A stretch of 64,000 bases of DNA, taken from contig OX597821.1 of NCBI GenBank assembly GCA_951406725.2, forward strand, positions 15,872,001 to 15,936,000, given 5' to 3'. A program made the translations under genes and the position numbers. This document shows, piece by piece, positions 58,174-64,000 of this stretch. The first letter of the stretch is position 1; the number at the start of each line of letters is the position of its first letter. A model generated the notes under the pieces. It searched no databases. It was not told the DNA's origin and was given only the letters and a program-made list of their open reading frames with translations. This DNA is from Octopus vulgaris. Its lineage: Eukaryota.

Positions 58174-58564
58174 TAGATAGATAGGTAAAGATATTGGCAT
58201 ACATATATACATGCTTACAGACGTATTCATGACTACTCATTCTGAAAGCATGTGGCTCGTTGTGAACGCAAAGTATAGTGAACGATCTGCAATTTCCCAC
58301 ATTATTTGCTTCTAAAAGTATATATTTACTATCGTAAACTTTCTCCAAGTTTACTTCGCTAGAACATTGAAAACATTCTTTATTCACTTGATTAAGATCT
58401 ATCGTCATTTTGTAAGTTTTTATGCAATTTTTTCCGAACCTCGAGAAACATGATAATCGGTATAGTAATTTAATTGCTAATTCTCATGCATACTGTACAC
58501 GCAGATGGTAAAAGCTTCATTAGTTAGAATTTAATATACAAAAGATATAGTTTATCATTTACCA

Positions 58565-58966
58565 GGCGCAGGAGTGGCTGTGGTAAGTAGCTTGCTAACA
58601 AACCACATGGTTCCGGGTTCAGTCCCACTGCGTGGCATCTTGGGCAAGTGTCTTCTGCTATAGCCCCGGGCCGACCAATGCCTTGTGAGTGGATTTGGTA
58701 GACGGAAACTGAAAGAAGCCTGTCGTATATATATATATATACGTGTGTGTGTATGTGTTTGTGTGTTTGTGTTTGTCTCCCTAGCATTGCTTGACAACCG
58801 ATGCTGGTGTGTTTACGTCCCCGTCACTAGCGGTTCGGCAAAAGAGACCGATAGTATAAGTACTGAGCTTACAAAGAATAAGTTCCGGTGTCGATTTGCT
58901 CGACTAAAGGCGGTGCTCCAGCATGGCCGCAGTCAAATGACTGAAACAAGTAAAAGAGTAAAAGAG
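58565..58966 (+). mobile_element. SINE family A, full-length
   Basis: ggcgcaggagtggctgtggtaag...ggttcagtccc...cagtcaaatgactgaaacaagtaaaagagtaaaagag. Confidence 0.93.
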
Positions 58967-59409
58967 AGAGATATGATACAGCTGATGTACAGCACTTTAT
59001 TTGTTTGTCCGTCTCGTTTATTTTTAAATTATTTTTTTCCTTTCCGTTTTCACTGCAAAGAACCTTGCATTTCTGGTATCCTTCTTATACACCGAGCATT
59101 ATCATATTTCAACGCAGCGACTTGTGGTCTCGATGTAAATGCTCGATCTCCTTCAAATAACAACCAAATATCTTTCATATAATCTCCGACCATATTTTAG
59201 AAAAGTACCGATTTACTGCGCTATGTAATTAGACCAACATAGCCGGTGGTAACGAGTGGGCAGTATTGGCACTAACGTCCGCTAGATCACTGAGGGCATG
59301 TGGCTGAACAACAACAATGCCTCTACTCGAAGTTTATTTTCTCCTTTATAAAAATCTCTCATTTCTCTATCACTCATCCTCTGTTTATGTGTTTTTAATG
59401 TAATGGTCT

Positions 59410-59624
59410 CTTTTACTCTTTCACTCTTTTAATTGTTTCAGTCATTTGACTGCGGCCATGCTGGAGCACCGCCTTTAGTCGAGCAAATCGACCCCGGACT
59501 TTATTCTTTGTAAGCCCAGTACTTATTCTATCGGTCTCTTTTGCCGAACCGCTAAGTGACGGGGACATAAACACACCAGCATCGGTTGTCAAGCAATCCT
59601 AGGGGGACAAACACAGACACACAA

Positions 59625-59665
<41 letters not shown>

Positions 59666-59836
59666 CATATATACGACAGGCTTCTTTCAGTTTCCGTCTA
59701 CTAAATCCACTCACAAGGCATTGGTCGGCCCGGGGCTATAGTAGAAGACACTTGCCCAAGATGCCACGCAGTGGGACTGAACCCGGAACCATGTGGTTGG
59801 TTAGCAAACTACTTACCACACAGCCACTCCTGCTCC
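59410..59836 (-). mobile_element. SINE family A, full-length
   Basis: Reverse complement of 58565-58966 at high identity. Confidence 0.93.
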
Positions 59837-61714
59837 TCCTGGTCTATTTATTATTATTATATTTCAGGATTACTTCTCTTCTTCTTTAATTCACGTTTCT
59901 TTCCTTCCATTTTTAATCCCCCACTTTCTACATTTGCTCCCTCACAGCAGTATTTGACTTAATTTGCCAGTCTTTTTACTGCCACTATGTGTATTCTCCT
60001 AATTATCCTAATTTGCCAATAAATTTTGTACTACTTCCATACGTCAATTCAATATCGGGTTTGAGTTACATAGTTTGTCCCTGTCCTTTCAATGTTCAAA
60101 AACTCTCACCCTCCCAAATGATTTATTTTCTATGGAACTGATATTAGTTCTTAAAAATAACTGCATTTTCAATTTATTTAAGTAAATGCTGTGTTCAGAT
60201 ATGTTGCCTACGCACTTCTTTGCAAAAATCGAACTCAACACTCATTAATAGACTACATTAATGGTGGTGAAAGACAGACCCACACTGAACAATAATGAGT
60301 CCATTTGATATAGAATTACCTCGTAAATAGCAAACAAACATCAATCAGGCTTTCTATTTATTAAACAGAAATGGCCAATACATTATGACGTCTAACACAC
60401 AGCATATAAAAATGCAACAACATAACATAATATGCAAATATCAAACGACGCCAACACATAGATATATCAGTAGAGTCGACAGGTCGATCAAGAAAAATCA
60501 ATTAAAACACAGACACAAACGCAAGCTTGTGAAAGAGCGTGAAACGAACACATTTGCTAGCAGAAATTACTCGAAGATCGTACAGAAAATCAATCAGACA
60601 GGCCTCAATAATAATAAACATACATATGTATACAATAGAAGATATTTCGAAAGCATCAAGTTGTCAACTCGAAGCTGTATCCTAAACATTCGTATACTCT
60701 CCATCTTTGTAAATGCTGCCAAGGCTGTACCATTTGGGTAATTGCCTAAATAAAACTAAAAGCAGAACGATCTCTACATAGTTTAGATTCATAGAAATGC
60801 AGAAATAGGTCAGCATCTTTATTCTCATAACATATCGATATTATAGTAACTGTGGAACAAAGACTACACGATATTATATTTGAATACAGTGCTGTTCTTT
60901 AAAATATAGTATTCATATTTTTAAAAAAAGAAATGCGTAAAGTATATGCTGCAGAAAATTTATATTATATGTTAAGATACAGACACCATATAAGTACAGT
61001 CACGCACACACAAATACATTCACACACACGCACACAAACATACAAACACACACATACACACACGCATGCACGCGATCGCGCACACACAGATTCATATATA
61101 TATATATTAGTGTATTTTCTTTTCTCCGTGCTTCTAGTGCGCGTATATGTGTATTTTTGAAATAATTGAAAAATATTTTTGAGAAAATAACTGTTTACCA
61201 ATACACAACTGTAACAAATTTTGAACATCAGAAATTTTTACAGGAATATAATAGAAATATTAGAGTTCAAATACTGCATACGTGCATGTAAATATATGAG
61301 CATGTGTTTGTGTGTATGTGTGCGTGTGCGTTTATGCATGCATGTATGTATGTATGTATGTATGTGTGTCTATATGTTCAAATTCATACTCTCAAACTTG
61401 GCATACTGAACAGTTCTGAATTTTCAATTCAGCGTTGAAAATCTAGACTTCATCACATTTGTCAAAGCTAAACCCAGCCTTGCTTCTAAAAACGTTATAC
61501 GAATTCAGTTTTGATGGACTTTTGTTTAAAGCAGTACACGAGTTTTTCAGTGACCCGAACTCGTGATACAAGCTTGGGTAGGATTAACTAAAGTTAAATC
61601 TGTGCGCGGAGTAATTAGCTCCTTGCACAATATTCTATATTAACTTGTTTCTTTATCCATTAACTGGAATGCCAATATGTATGTCCTTATAGAAGTTGGG
61701 GCGTTCTAATTTAC

Positions 61715-62410
61715 ATGTATTATTATGATTACTATTGCTGGGTATGATAGAAAGCGTCAGCTGTCCACAGGCAGCAGACTAAGGTGACACTTGTTTACTG
61801 GTTATGCTTCAAGAAATCTTGCAGTTCCAAGCAAGGCTGATATTTGTAGATGTTCTACCGTCACACTTGCACTAATCTTTTTCAGTCATGCTGGTAGTTG
61901 AGTGGTGGTATCAGGCCCACTCTCTTCATTGACCACAACCTTCGTATTTCCCAATTCAAATCGTCATAGTTGTTTAAACTCACTACTTTCACATTAATCT
62001 TTTGTCACCGGGGCATGCTATGTCGATAATCATACATGTTCTTACTTTTTTATTCACCACATCTCCGATGTTTGGTCTGGTGATCGGACTGGACCATTGC
62101 ATCCCACTGGATTTTCCAGTTCTTGTTTTCGATGATTCCTTCGGCTGTTTGCTCATAGCACGTCTTTGCTCTTTCTAGGCCGTGATTTCCACAAAGCTCC
62201 CAATGGATCATTCTTGCAACATTGTCATGACATTTTTGTATCAACTTATGTCAATTTCGGGCATTCTCTAACGATGTGCCATACAGTTTGAATCCTCTCA
62301 CCAATCATTCTGCGTTTGTTACTATCGGTAGTGTTGTCTATTCTGCACTTCAAATAGTTGGTCCTTAACGCTTGTTCCTGAGCTGCGCATATGAGTGCTT
62401 CTGCCCCCAT
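61715..62410 (-). mobile_element. R4/Dong-type LINE 3' remnant (CCHC + REL endonuclease)
   Basis: CAAQEQALRTNY, TVWHIVREC, HDNVARMIHWELCG, IENKNWKIQWD, CMIIDIACP, EHLQISALLGTARFL; ends near TAA-type repeats. Confidence 0.82.
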
Positions 62411-62425
62411 TGGTATTATTATTAT

Positions 62426-62585
62426 TTACGTTCTGAGTTAAAATTCCGCAGGGGTCGACTATGCCTTTTATCCTTTCGGGGTTGATAAAATAAGTACCAA
62501 TCGAGCACTGAGTGAATGCAATCGACTTACTCCTCCCCTTATAATCGACTTACTCCTCCCCTTGTGGAAAATTTGAAGCCAGTAT
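62426..62585 (+). mobile_element. SINE family B fragment with a 21 bp internal tandem duplication
   Basis: ttacgttctgagttaaaattccg...gccttttatcctttcggggttgataaaataagtacc; aatcgacttactcctcccctt at 62520 and 62543. Confidence 0.8.
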
Positions 62586-62599
62586 TATTTATATATACA

Positions 62600-62925
62600 T
62601 TATTATTAGTAGTAGTAATTTTACACTAGGCACATGCATTACAACCATATGTGCGTGATATATTGATCTCATATCAAGACAAACAGCTTGTGACCTTGCG
62701 GTGTTTGTTTATTTTACAGGATATTTATGGTAGAGATTCTGTTTCACATTTTATATATTACCTTATTTGGATTCTACAATTGAACTGAAAGTGACTTGTG
62801 TAGGAACTGGGCTGTTCCTAGCAGTTCTAAGTTTTGGATAGTGCGTGGTATTCACGGATAGGTGTAGTTTCCACTTTATTTTCGTAAGTTTTTTATCATA
62901 CCCAATGCTCGAAATATTACTCGAA

Positions 62926-62930
<5 letters not shown>
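62600..62930 (-). mobile_element. R4/Dong-type LINE extreme 3' remnant
   Basis: Minus-strand IRVIFRALGMIKK and QNLELLGTAQFL (decayed IPVVIGALG and LLGTA motifs), bounded by TAA/TTA repeats. Confidence 0.6.
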
Positions 62931-62958
<28 letters not shown>

Positions 62959-64000
62959 CATTATTATTATCATCATGATTAGTATCAATTTATTTCAGTT
63001 CATTTTTTCTGAGCAAATTTATTTGCACCTTTCATTGTCATTTACAATATACTACACGCTAACCATGGAGGAATAGTTGGTTTTCATGAACGCACACCCC
63101 ACATGTTAATGCATGCATTGGTGTATATCTTAATAACTGTCCCACACTTTTACAAATCACCTACTTTTGTAACTCTTTGCGTAGTATTTGAGAAAGATAT
63201 ATCGATTTAATAACATTACTGGAAAATTAACTGCGAGAATTGTTTCTTCGAAAGAAACCGATGCCATAGACTATTTTGAGAATATAACTAAGGCATCAGA
63301 CTTGTATATTGTGTAGTATTATTCAAGGAAATAACTAACAATTGGGTAGAAGTAACTCACTACCTGAAGCAAAGTAAGTAGTCATTTTGATACCTGAGAG
63401 CCCTGCCAATCAATCTTGTCTGAGGTACACTTCATTAAGTGGAAGCATTCAATGGTGTTCCGGCCATCCAATATGTCCCCTACTATATCCATGTTATAAC
63501 CTTGTCTGTGAGATACGTTTCAACAATGTAGCTTTATACGGACCACAAACAGTAGCAATCATTGTAATTCTTTGACAGAACACTGACAATAAAATTACAA
63601 TAAAATTCAACATCTGAAACTCTAGAGAACAATGGTTCTTAAGAAATAAAGTTAAGTGAAGTAAAATAAATTATGTTGGCGAGCTATTTGCCGAGAAGAT
63701 ATTTCTGCAGTTAAGAAATAAATACAAATGTTATCTATTCTTAAAAGTAATCATCAAGCGAGATCTTTCAAATTCGGTGGAGTGTAATGGAATGTTTTGT
63801 ATGGCATTAGTAAATCGGTAAATGTGATCAGTCACCTTCTGAGAAGGCATCGAGTTATTAATCAATCTTTCATCTGTCTTTCATCCTATATATGTTTATA
63901 TGTTTAGTGCCACAATACGTTTCGTGTCTTTCTTTACAGTTACATACTAATATATAACCGAAATATCAGGCATTGAAATTTACGCATTCATCATAATAAT

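Noticed and set aside
62600-62640. R4-type 3' end (tgtgcctagtgtaaaatta on the minus strand) resembling the older SINE B tail (tgtgcctatagtagaaatta)
   Set aside because: Short AT-rich match, and the following triplet tails differ in strand (TAA versus TTA); likely chance.

Overview
AT-rich, microsatellite-saturated eukaryotic DNA with no recognisable intact host gene. The repeat content suggests a mollusc, most likely Octopus; this is inferred, not searched. Almost all ORF-track entries are translated simple repeats (YI/HT/LSIY/CV runs) and are not genes. Class I content: a ~3.7 kb 5'-truncated, disabled APE+RT LINE (CR1/L2 group) inside a ~5 kb (TA)-derived satellite, the 3' end of a Tx1/L1-type LINE, several decayed R4/Dong/NeSL-type (REL endonuclease) LINE remnants, a Penelope-like GIY-YIG fragment, and many copies of at least four tRNA-derived SINE families. 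Class II content: a 3.4 kb internally deleted Helitron with exact A|TC...CTAG|T termini, a maT/mariner remnant and a MITE. Most notable: (1) a tRNA-headed SINE-like element carrying a minimal type I hammerhead ribozyme, present as a head-to-head pair (26488-26960), a candidate Pol III-driven, Penelope-mobilised retrozyme; (2) two LINE-SINE pairs sharing 3' tails; (3) a 3' stem-loop motif with covarying stems in four different tails, three inside the same TA array; (4) 23-aa STPR-like repeats in the Helitron protein and a CCCH finger in the LINE ORF1 remnant. A possible promoter/first exon at ~9.6-10.6 kb would place the rest of the window in one large intron (low confidence).
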